A DNA stretch of 24,000 bases, taken from assembly GCA_009780035.1 (NCBI GenBank), contig WRAU01000009.1, positions 1 to 24,000 on the forward strand, in the 5' to 3' direction. The notes under the pieces were generated by a model that saw nothing but the letters and a program-made list of their open reading frames with translations, searched no databases and was not told the DNA's origin. Source of the DNA: Alphaproteobacteria bacterium (GTDB lineage Bacteria; Pseudomonadota; Alphaproteobacteria; WRAU01; Hepatincolaceae). Position 1 is the first letter of the stretch; every line of letters starts with the position of its first letter. Shown here in pieces: positions 16,566 to 23,685 of this stretch. The position numbers were made by a program, and so were the translations under genes.

Positions 16566-16618
16566 TCTTTATCGTAATGCCAGCAATAATAATTGCTATT
16601 GCTTAGGATTATAAAATT
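16566..16618 (+). repeat. Hairpin repeat family B (degenerate)
   Basis: TTTATCGTAATGCCAGCAATAATAATTGCTATTGCTTAGGATTATAAAA. It shares the 5' TTATCGTxATGCC box and the 3' TAGGATTAT box, with inner hairpin AGCAA/TTGCT. It lies 14 nt after the bcp stop. Confidence 0.4.
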
Positions 16619-16658
16619 TTATATAATACATATCTACATGTGTTTTGTATAATTAGTT

Positions 16659-16985
16659 TTGGTAAACCTTATGAATATTATAATTAAAGATATTTCTAAA
16701 GAAAAAGCAGAAGAAGTTGTTAATAGTCTTGATAAATTTATTGATGACGGCATTATTGAAAATTGGTCAATTGATGATACTAAAGATCAAGATTACCGCA
16801 GCATAAATACTGTTCTAGGCGAACATGTTTCTATTAAACCTTATTATCGCAATAATTCTTTGTGCTTTGCTGTTATAGGAAATGCCGATAAAGAAATTAA
16901 ATTCCTTAACCTCACAAGATTCCTTGATACTATGCTAACGAATTTTTCTGAGGATATAAAATCTATAAAATTAATTAATCTCTAG
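16659..16985 (+). CDS. Hypothetical acidic protein (108 aa; true start may be ATG 16672)
   Basis: An ORF with no recognised motif and no clear SD. It shares orientation with the downstream 438-aa gene, 52 nt away. Confidence 0.4.
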   Translation: MVNLMNIIIKDISKEKAEEVVNSLDKFIDDGIIENWSIDDTKDQDYRSINTVLGEHVSIKPYYRNNSLCFAVIGNADKEIKFLNLTRFLDTMLTNFSEDIKSIKLINL

Positions 16986-17037
16986 TTTCCTTTAATAATG
17001 TTTATTGAATATCAATTAATAATGAATAGGATTTTTT

Positions 17038-18354
17038 GTGATAAAAAAAATTGTTATTTTTACTGATTGTATGAAGTATTATGCTGATAAGTTAGATTTT
17101 CACATTAACAAGGCAAAAGTTTTTTACAATTTGTTTAATTTTCAGCTAAAAAAAGCTACAGGATTGCCAGTGGAAACACATTTTGAGGCAATTGATATGA
17201 ATAAATTTATGCTATTAAATGGATTGGAGGATCTTCTTCATTTAGAAAAAGATAGCTTATTTGCTTATTTTTATAATAATATTAATATAAAAGCTGAGGA
17301 ATATCTTATTGAATCCTTAAAAGATTGTTTGATAATAGGATATCATCTGCCAAAATTAATATTAAATATTTTAATAAGGAATAATATTCCCTATGTAGAT
17401 ACATTTGAAACATCTTACAGATTTATGCAGGATACTTATGTAGGATGTAGGACAAATATCAAAGATGCTAAAGATTATTTACTTTCTAAATCTTTAAGCG
17501 TTAATACCATGTATGTCTATGCTAACTATTTAAAAGCTTTTTATAGGAATAGCCTAAATTATAGGTTAGATAATAATAGTTGTTTATTAATTGGTCAAAC
17601 TAGTAGAGATACTGTATTAATTAAAAAAGACAGCACTTTTGTTTCTTTATTAGAATATAAAGATCAAATTATTGCTATGTCTAAAAAATACAAAACTTTA
17701 TATTATAAAATGCACCCTGCAGAATCTTTGCCTAGAAATATTAGGGAATTTTTACAATCTATACCGAATGCTGTTGAAGAGAATCGTAATTTTTATGAAC
17801 TCATGGCACAAGATGGTATCGAAGAAGTTTTTGGATTAAATAGTGGAGCAATTAGTGAAGCTAAGTTTTTTGGTAAAAAAAGGACATTTCTGTTTGAGAA
17901 ATTTCATGAGTACTATCAAGATGAAGGGGATATTAATAATCCTCATACTTTTATTATCCTTAACTCAAATTCTCATATTTTTAAAATTAATTTTTGGGCT
18001 GATCTTTTAAGCAGTCTTGTTTCTGTAAATAAAGTGGAAGATAATGATGAAGTATATTTTGATAATTATCAGAGTTTGTTTTCAAGTTTTATGAAGGTAA
18101 TTTCTTCTTATGAGTTTAATATTTATGCTAATTATGATGTCAAAAAAACAGTTTCATGGCATAATGATAGAATAAGCAACCTTGAGAGCAATATCGAAAG
18201 ATTAGGTAATGTTGAAGGGAATATTTATAATATCTTTGAGCGATTAAATAAAAGAAATAATAAGTTTAAGAAAATATCAATAAATCTTCTTTGCTCTTTT
18301 GTTCCAACAAAGCAATGGCGAAAAAAAGTAAGAAATAAATATCTTAACCATTAA
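17038..18354 (+). CDS. Putative glycosyltransferase of the capsule-synthesis (KpsC/KpsS beta-Kdo transferase-like) type with coiled-coil and basic C-terminal tail
   Basis: A QxxxD-like motif (LLIGQTSRDTVLI) and an HP motif (LYYKMHPAE) are followed by GLNSGAISEAKFFGKK, in the order seen in KpsC/KpsS family proteins as remembered. The C-terminal tail is KKISINLLCSFVPTKQWRKKVRNKYLNH. The GTG start has AGGA 6 nt upstream. The functional call is tentative. Confidence 0.5.
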   Translation: MIKKIVIFTDCMKYYADKLDFHINKAKVFYNLFNFQLKKATGLPVETHFEAIDMNKFMLLNGLEDLLHLEKDSLFAYFYNNINIKAEEYLIESLKDCLIIGYHLPKLILNILIRNNIPYVDTFETSYRFMQDTYVGCRTNIKDAKDYLLSKSLSVNTMYVYANYLKAFYRNSLNYRLDNNSCLLIGQTSRDTVLIKKDSTFVSLLEYKDQIIAMSKKYKTLYYKMHPAESLPRNIREFLQSIPNAVEENRNFYELMAQDGIEEVFGLNSGAISEAKFFGKKRTFLFEKFHEYYQDEGDINNPHTFIILNSNSHIFKINFWADLLSSLVSVNKVEDNDEVYFDNYQSLFSSFMKVISSYEFNIYANYDVKKTVSWHNDRISNLESNIERLGNVEGNIYNIFERLNKRNNKFKKISINLLCSFVPTKQWRKKVRNKYLNH

Positions 18355-18356
18355 TT

Positions 18357-19148
18357 TTATTTTGCTTTAAACAAACTTAAATAAATAACCTTAATGGCAA
18401 CGAATCCGCATAGGCTTAAGGTAATTAGGGCGCTGGGAGAAACATTAACATATAAAGACAGCATCATTCCTGTAATTATAGCACTTGCTGCAGCAATAAA
18501 AGATATAATCATAGATTGCAAGGGGCTTTTAGCGATAGAGTGGGCGATGATTGCCGGAATAATGCTAAGCGATGGAATTAATAACACTCCAGCCAGTTTA
18601 ATGCTGAAGGCTATAGTGCAAGACAGCACAAAAACAAAAATAATATCATGTTTGGTGGAATTAATATTTTCTGAAATTGCCACTTCCTCGTTAATTGTTA
18701 GCAGCAATAGCTTTTGCCAACTGCTTAAAACATATAAAAATACTAAAACAGCAATAACATAAATTATAATAATATCGTTCAGTTTAATAGATAGAATTGA
18801 GCCGAATAGGTATCTGTATAAATTGCTGCTGTTTTGCATTAAGCTAATTATAACAAAGCCGGCAGATAGGGCAAACTGCGTATTAAGTATCAAAAGTGAA
18901 TCCTTAGATATTTGAAACCGCTTGTTAATTACAATTAATACGGAAGATAACAAGAAACATACAATTATTATCATAATTTCAGGTATAACTGAAGTTAAAA
19001 CTCCAAGAGCAATTCCTAAAAGCGAAGTATGCGCTACGGAATCGCCAATATAGCTCATGCGTTTCCAAACAATAAAATTTCCTAAAATTGCTAAAGAAAA
19101 AGCTAAGCCAATGCCGCCGATTAAACCATAAATAATAAAATCATACAT
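18357..19148 (-). CDS. znuB: Zinc ABC transporter permease (ABC-3 family)
   Basis: VWKRMSYIGDSVAHTSLLGIALG parallels E. coli ZnuB [23 protein letters not shown]. The protein is a polytopic membrane protein of 263 aa. Confidence 0.85.
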   Translation of the reverse strand: MYDFIIYGLIGGIGLAFSLAILGNFIVWKRMSYIGDSVAHTSLLGIALGVLTSVIPEIMIIIVCFLLSSVLIVINKRFQISKDSLLILNTQFALSAGFVIISLMQNSSNLYRYLFGSILSIKLNDIIIIYVIAVLVFLYVLSSWQKLLLLTINEEVAISENINSTKHDIIFVFVLSCTIAFSIKLAGVLLIPSLSIIPAIIAHSIAKSPLQSMIISFIAAASAIITGMMLSLYVNVSPSALITLSLCGFVAIKVIYLSLFKAK

Positions 19149-19160
19149 GCTAGAGACCCA

Positions 19161-19856
19161 TTAATCTTTATGGTTATAATATTTATAATTGAGAGAAATA
19201 TTTTTAAGGATTTCACTTTCATTAACCACCGATGGAATACCGCTGCAGCAAATTTTTCCGTCTTTTAAGCACAGCACCCAGCCGGTATTTTTAAGCACCA
19301 TATGCAAATCGTGCGATACCATAATTACCGAAAAATTCTTTGCACCGCGGTATTCATTAATTAGCGAATACATATCATCTTTTGCTGAAAAATCAATGTT
19401 TGAAGTTGGCTCATCTAGCACAATAATATCTGGACATAACAATAAAGCCCGCAGCAGCATAACTTTTTGTTTTTCGCCGCCGGAAAGGTCTTTAAATAGT
19501 TTATTTAAACTATCTTCTAAATTTAATTGCTGAATAAGCTGAAAATCATCATTTTCTAATTTTTTTTTGTTATTTAAAATAATAAAATCTTTAACACATA
19601 TAGGCACCAGCACATTATGATTGCTGATTTGCGGAATATAGCTTATTTTTAATCCAGCCTGCTTAATAATTTTGCCTGCTGTTGGTTTTATAATGCCGAT
19701 TAAAGTTTTGCAAAGCGTGGTTTTCCCTGCACCATTTTTGCCGACAATTGTAATAATCTCGTTTTTTCTAACCTCAAAGGAAATATCTGTTAAAAGCGGT
19801 TTAGAGTTTTTTATATAACTTACGCCTTTAAGCTGAATTAGCGGACTATGGCTCAT
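19161..19856 (-). CDS. znuC: Zinc ABC transporter ATP-binding protein
   Basis: Walker A GKNGAGKTT, signature LSGGEKQK, Walker B VLDEPTSNID and H-loop VSHD are present. It lies directly upstream of znuB. Confidence 0.85.
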   Translation of the reverse strand: MSHSPLIQLKGVSYIKNSKPLLTDISFEVRKNEIITIVGKNGAGKTTLCKTLIGIIKPTAGKIIKQAGLKISYIPQISNHNVLVPICVKDFIILNNKKKLENDDFQLIQQLNLEDSLNKLFKDLSGGEKQKVMLLRALLLCPDIIVLDEPTSNIDFSAKDDMYSLINEYRGAKNFSVIMVSHDLHMVLKNTGWVLCLKDGKICCSGIPSVVNESEILKNISLNYKYYNHKD

Positions 19857-19903
19857 ATGATGTTATTCTTTATTTTCATAAACAATAAAGAGTAGCATAA
19901 ATA

Positions 19904-20164
19904 TTAAATTAAGCAAGGGCAGAAGAGGCAGTAAAGAATCAAAAAAGAAGAAAACTTGTATTTATTGATAATATCATTAAATACTAAACGGATTGGTATA
20001 TCTAAATGGTTTACAAGGCTTTGCAGTCTTATAATTAAATCGCCGTAGTGCCACATTGCATCTTGCGAATGTTTAAGCAGTTCTTGGAATTGCCCTTCAA
20101 TATTAAAATCCTCTGTTTTATAAGAATCTTTTTTAGGGGTAAGGGTAAGGATTGGTTTAGACAT
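19904..20164 (-). CDS. Small hypothetical protein (86 aa) with hydrophobic Cys-rich C-terminus (LYCLFCPCLI)
   Basis: It has a good SD (AAAGAGG, 7-nt spacer) before the ATG. It shares orientation with znuC and ends 47 nt upstream of it. No homology was recognised, and the C-terminal part may be fortuitous read-through of AT-rich spacer. Confidence 0.4.
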   Translation of the reverse strand: MSKPILTLTPKKDSYKTEDFNIEGQFQELLKHSQDAMWHYGDLIIRLQSLVNHLDIPIRLVFNDIINKYKFSSFLILYCLFCPCLI

Positions 20165-20193
20165 TTGCTGACCTCTTTCGTATATATTATATA

Positions 20194-20274
20194 GGGCGGG
20201 AGATTCAAAGCTCTACCTACAGAAAGAGTGAGATTATTTCCCCAAAGGGTGTTGTATTCTCTACCCTCCCGCCC
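20194..20274. repeat. GC-clamped inverted repeat / stem-loop of unknown function
   Basis: GGGCGGGAG (20194-20202) is perfectly complementary to CTCCCGCCC (20266-20274), with 63 nt between them. The interior holds a direct repeat CTCTACC (20211-20217, 20259-20265) and GAAAGAG (20222-20228), which is complementary to the SD region CTCTTTC (20173-20179). Confidence 0.6.
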
Positions 20275-20288
20275 ATATTCAAATATAT

Positions 20289-20318
20289 AAAAAAAGCCAT
20301 ATATTAACGAATATAGGC
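20289..20318 (-). terminator. Rho-independent terminator (minus strand)
   Basis: The minus-strand RNA is GCCUAUAUU-CGUU-AAUAUAUGGC (a 9-bp stem with one bulged U) followed by UUUUUUU (20295-20289). Confidence 0.55.
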
Positions 20319-20355
20319 GGGTCGCCGTAGGTATATGGGTCTTTGACACCCCACA
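20289..20355 (-). ncRNA. Candidate small RNA or 5' leader/attenuator (about 65 nt)
   Basis: It is bounded by a candidate promoter (TTGACA 20389-20384, 17-nt spacer, AATAAT 20366-20361) and the terminator at 20318-20289. It contains a GGGU/ACCC hairpin and a G+C-rich core, CCUACGGCGACCCGCC. It matches no RNA family I can recognise. Confidence 0.3.
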
Positions 20356-20464
20356 ACTTAATTATTAGATATTTATACTTTATTGTCAATTATTTAATAA
20401 TTATTTTTTTATTATAAGAAATAATATAATATATAATTTTTAAATAAGGCTTTGTCAATAATTC

Positions 20465-21778
20465 ATGCGAAATAAAATCATTGTAATTCTAACACTCCTA
20501 TTGTTTTTAGCAGGCTGTCAGCATAAAATTGCACCCATTCAACTTAAAGAATATATAATTGGCGATGTTAATACTATCGTAATTGATGAAAAATATGTGC
20601 AGCCTTATTATGCCGGCTTATTTATGGCAGTTGAAGAAATTAACAAGGCAGGAGGAGTTAATGGCATTCCCTTGCGTGTAGAGGTTAAAAGCGATTACGC
20701 CAACCATCGCGAAGCCTATTTAGCAGCGGATTATTTGTTTAAAGAAAAAAATGCCATAGTGCTAACCGGCACTAATATTCCGCAAACAACCTTCGGCGTA
20801 GCAAGATACGCTAAAGATAATAAAATTCCGTTTATAAATACGGGCTCTCTTAATGAAGAAATTATTTCAGGAGCTTATGCTAACGATTTTACCTTTAGGG
20901 TGCGTGAAGGCTATAACCTGCATATGCAGGCGCTTGCTGAAGAGATTGCCAATAACAAAAATGTTAAAAGTTTAGTGGTGCTGACCTATTCTTCCGAACA
21001 GGGCATGCAGCAGTCTGAAGATTTTAAAAAGTTAATTAAGCAAAAACGCAATGATATAATTTTTGCTAAAGATATTTATATTGCCTCTCATAAGAGTGTA
21101 TTCGATAATGTGGCAAAAGAGGTGCAATATTCGTTTACAAGCGGTGTAGTAATTTTAGTTAATGGTGAAGATGTTCTTGATGTTATGAAAAATCTGCAGA
21201 CACAAAGGGTAACTATAGGCAAATCGGTTTATTTAATGCTAGGCGGCGAACCGGAATGGGTGCGTTCGCTTTATAGTTTAACGCCGGATAACTGGATAGT
21301 AACAGGCTTTCCTTACTATGTAGATAGCAGCGCCGAAAATAAAGCATTTGTTAAAAAATATCAAGATAAATACAAAGGCACAATGCCGCAGCATAGTTCT
21401 TACATAGGATATATTACAGGATACTTAATTGCAGACGCCCTTAAGCAGTCGCGTCCTGCTGCCAATGACGAAAAAAACCGCATACGCTTAGCTAAAGCAC
21501 TGGAAACTGCCAGTTTTAATTCTCCTGTGGGCTTAATAAAAATGCGTTTAGACCATCAAAGCAATATGGGAACATATATCGGCATTCTGCAGCCTTATAA
21601 TACGCCCATACGCGGCAGCAAAAAAGTTAAAGCCGATGTGGCAATGAATAACTTTAAATATGTTGATGCTGAAAAAACTTTAGATTCACCTAAAGCGGTT
21701 AATAAAATTCGTTGGAGGCAAATTGCTGAAGAAGAAAAGACAGAGAAAAAAAAGCGGCATATTACACCTAAAAATTAA
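20465..21778 (+). CDS. Lipoprotein with type-1 periplasmic binding protein fold (LivK/Peripla_BP_6-like), orphan
   Basis: The lipobox is LLFLAGC. AGLFMAVEEINKAGGVNGIPLRVEVKSD is typical of branched-chain amino-acid-type binding proteins. The C-terminal tail is lysine-rich. No adjacent permease or ATPase genes are present. Confidence 0.7.
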   Translation: MRNKIIVILTLLLFLAGCQHKIAPIQLKEYIIGDVNTIVIDEKYVQPYYAGLFMAVEEINKAGGVNGIPLRVEVKSDYANHREAYLAADYLFKEKNAIVLTGTNIPQTTFGVARYAKDNKIPFINTGSLNEEIISGAYANDFTFRVREGYNLHMQALAEEIANNKNVKSLVVLTYSSEQGMQQSEDFKKLIKQKRNDIIFAKDIYIASHKSVFDNVAKEVQYSFTSGVVILVNGEDVLDVMKNLQTQRVTIGKSVYLMLGGEPEWVRSLYSLTPDNWIVTGFPYYVDSSAENKAFVKKYQDKYKGTMPQHSSYIGYITGYLIADALKQSRPAANDEKNRIRLAKALETASFNSPVGLIKMRLDHQSNMGTYIGILQPYNTPIRGSKKVKADVAMNNFKYVDAEKTLDSPKAVNKIRWRQIAEEEKTEKKKRHITPKN

Positions 21779-21875
21779 TAGTTTGAGGTTTTTCTATTCA
21801 GGAATTTTACTGCAAAGTGTATAACTAATACATGAAGTAGTAAAATTCCTGAATAGAAAAACCTCAAACTATTAA
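21775..21875. repeat. Palindromic element family A, perfect copy
   Basis: 37-nt arms TTAATAGTTTGAGGTTTTTCTATTCAGGAATTTTACT (21775-21811) and their exact reverse complement (21839-21875) flank a 27-nt loop. The loop carries the family motif on the opposite strand (TCATGTATTAGTTATACAC). The left arm contains the TAA stop (21776-21778) of the upstream CDS. Confidence 0.9.
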
Positions 21876-21962
21876 TTTTTACATGCTAGATAGGTTAAAA
21901 TTAACGATTTATTCATTTTTATTTCATAATATATAATTAATTATATAAAATAAGTAGGTGAT

Positions 21963-23156
21963 ATGAAAGTTATGCAATTTTCTTTAGTTTTCAAGGCTTT
22001 TTTGTTTGCTGGGGTTCTTATGCTGGCTTCGGCTGGATTAAGGGCAGATGAAGAAGTAGATTCCTCAAATAGTGCTGCAGAAAATCAGGTTAGCTCTACA
22101 GAAGAGCAATTAAAAGGCTATCAGCAGATTACCAATTGGCTGATTGACAACAAGAAAAATTTTGAAGATGTAATTAAAGAAAACGCCGTTGAAACTCAAA
22201 CTAAATGGTTTGTAGAAGAAGAATACGCACAGCAGAAAAAACAGCAGGCGGCTGATGGGCAGCCGCTAAGCGATCAGACAGCTCCGCAAACACAAAAATT
22301 ATATCATTTGGTAAAAAAAGGAGATACCTTATATTCTATCTCTAAAACTTATAATGTTCCGCAGGCAGATATTTTAAAATGGAATGATATTGCAGGACCG
22401 GAAGGAATCCAGTTAGGTAAAGTTTTAACCCTTTATGATGTGGAAAAATATCAGCAGGAACAAAATGCAGTTAAAAGCGGCAACGCACCTGTGGCAGCTT
22501 CTGCAGTTAAAGAGGATTCTAAACCTCAAGAAGCAAATGCAGAGGAAAGATCTCAGTCTATGGATGCTGCATCTTTCCCAGAATTTAAGTATTATCGTGT
22601 GAAAAAAGGTGATACTTTCAGCTCAATAGCCAAAAGCAACTACATGAGTAAAGAAGAATTATTTGCCTTAAATAATTTTAATGCGTCAACAGTGCTATCG
22701 GTTGACCAAATCGTTAAGGTTAAAAGCAATTATGGCGGCAGCGGCATACAGCAAGATGCTAGTGCAATTGTAAAAGACGGCTTTATTTGGCCTGTGGTTG
22801 GCAGACTGCTGATGAGCTTCGGCACGCAAGAGCAGGGCTTGGTTAATGAGGGCATTAACATTGCCGCGAAAAAAGGCACAGATGTTAAAGCAACTCAAGA
22901 AGGTATTGTAATTTATGTGGGCGACAGCTTAAAAAGTTTCGGCAATTTAGTATTAATTCAGCATGATAAAAACTGGATAAGCGCTTACGCCCATTTAGGA
23001 GTAGTAAAAGTAAATAAAGGGCAGAAAGTGCTGAAAGGCGAAGTTGTTGGTCAGGTTGGCGATAGCGGCAATGTTAATACTCCGCAGCTGCATTTTGAGT
23101 TAAGATACAATATAAAGCCGGTGGATCCTTTGAATTATTTAGTATCCTATAGGTAA
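21963..23156 (+). CDS. nlpD: NlpD-like LysM + degenerate M23 (dLytM) protein, probable amidase activator
   Basis: A signal peptide and two LysM repeats (YHLVKKGDTLYSISKTYNV..., YYRVKKGDTFSSIAKSNYM...) are present. The C-terminal M23 domain reads NEGINIAA where active enzymes have HxGxD, and PQLHFELR where they have HLHFE. Confidence 0.85.
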   Translation: MKVMQFSLVFKAFLFAGVLMLASAGLRADEEVDSSNSAAENQVSSTEEQLKGYQQITNWLIDNKKNFEDVIKENAVETQTKWFVEEEYAQQKKQQAADGQPLSDQTAPQTQKLYHLVKKGDTLYSISKTYNVPQADILKWNDIAGPEGIQLGKVLTLYDVEKYQQEQNAVKSGNAPVAASAVKEDSKPQEANAEERSQSMDAASFPEFKYYRVKKGDTFSSIAKSNYMSKEELFALNNFNASTVLSVDQIVKVKSNYGGSGIQQDASAIVKDGFIWPVVGRLLMSFGTQEQGLVNEGINIAAKKGTDVKATQEGIVIYVGDSLKSFGNLVLIQHDKNWISAYAHLGVVKVNKGQKVLKGEVVGQVGDSGNVNTPQLHFELRYNIKPVDPLNYLVSYR

Positions 23157-23158
23157 AG

Positions 23159-23245
23159 TTTAATATCTTGGATTTCTATGTATAATTTTTTAGGTTCATT
23201 ATTTCACCATAAAAAATTCAGCATATAAACCTCAAGCTATTAAAC
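23159..23245. repeat. Palindromic element family A
   Basis: It starts 3 nt after the nlpD stop. Its termini are near-identical to the 12436 copy (TTTAATATCTTGGATTTCTAT ... ATATAAACCTCAAGCTATTAAAC). The inner stem is AATTTTTT (23184-23191) / AAAAAATT (23211-23218). Confidence 0.7.
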
Positions 23246-23346
23246 TTTGTTGCAAAAGAGGTTATATACTACAATTTTTTACTAGCAAATTAAGGAATTT
23301 TAATATATCATTGAAATAGTTTTGTAAACATAATGGAGTAAATGTA

Positions 23347-23670
23347 ATGATTTCTAATCTTTATGCCGATACAGTGGCTGCAGCAGCAGAAGAGCCAAAT
23401 AGAGCTTATGTTATAATGATGAATATTCTGCCTTTCGTTTTAATTTTTGCAATTTTTTATTTTCTGTTAATCAGACCGCAAAAAAAGAAACAGCAAGCGC
23501 ATAAAAATATGATTGATTCTATTAAACAAGGCGATAGCGTTCTTCTTAATTCTGGATTTAAAGGTCAGGTTAGAAATGTTAAAGATAATGGCTATTTTGT
23601 GGTTGAAATTGCTAAAGGCGTTGATGTAGAAGTTTTAAAATCGGCAATTGCCAATGTTATTAAAGATTAA
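23347..23670 (+). CDS. yajC: Preprotein translocase subunit YajC
   Basis: A single TM segment is followed by LLIRPQKKKQQAHKNMIDSIKQGDSV. Length is 107 aa. It lies immediately upstream of secD. Confidence 0.9.
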   Translation: MISNLYADTVAAAAEEPNRAYVIMMNILPFVLIFAIFYFLLIRPQKKKQQAHKNMIDSIKQGDSVLLNSGFKGQVRNVKDNGYFVVEIAKGVDVEVLKSAIANVIKD

Positions 23671-23685
23671 TCGGACAGAGTAGCT

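Noticed and set aside
18394-19533. Plus-strand ORFs 18394-18762 and 19189-19533
   Set aside because: They lie antisense to znuB and znuC, both of which carry clear family motifs.
20035-20349. Minus-strand 104-aa ORF spanning the structured spacer
   Set aside because: It overlaps the better-supported small ORF in another frame. It also runs through the terminator hairpin and the GC-clamped stem-loop, and it has no RBS.
20289-20355. Match of the candidate leader to known riboswitch classes (preQ1, guanidine-II/III, fluoride, purine, c-di-GMP, NiCo)
   Set aside because: By eye, none of the signature loops or junction sequences I recall are present (ACGR loops, GAUGG...CUGAUGA, GCAAA receptors, UAUAAU/CUACC junction). 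The element is therefore left unclassified rather than assigned.
22695-22898. Minus-strand 67-aa ORF
   Set aside because: It lies antisense within the M23 domain region of nlpD.
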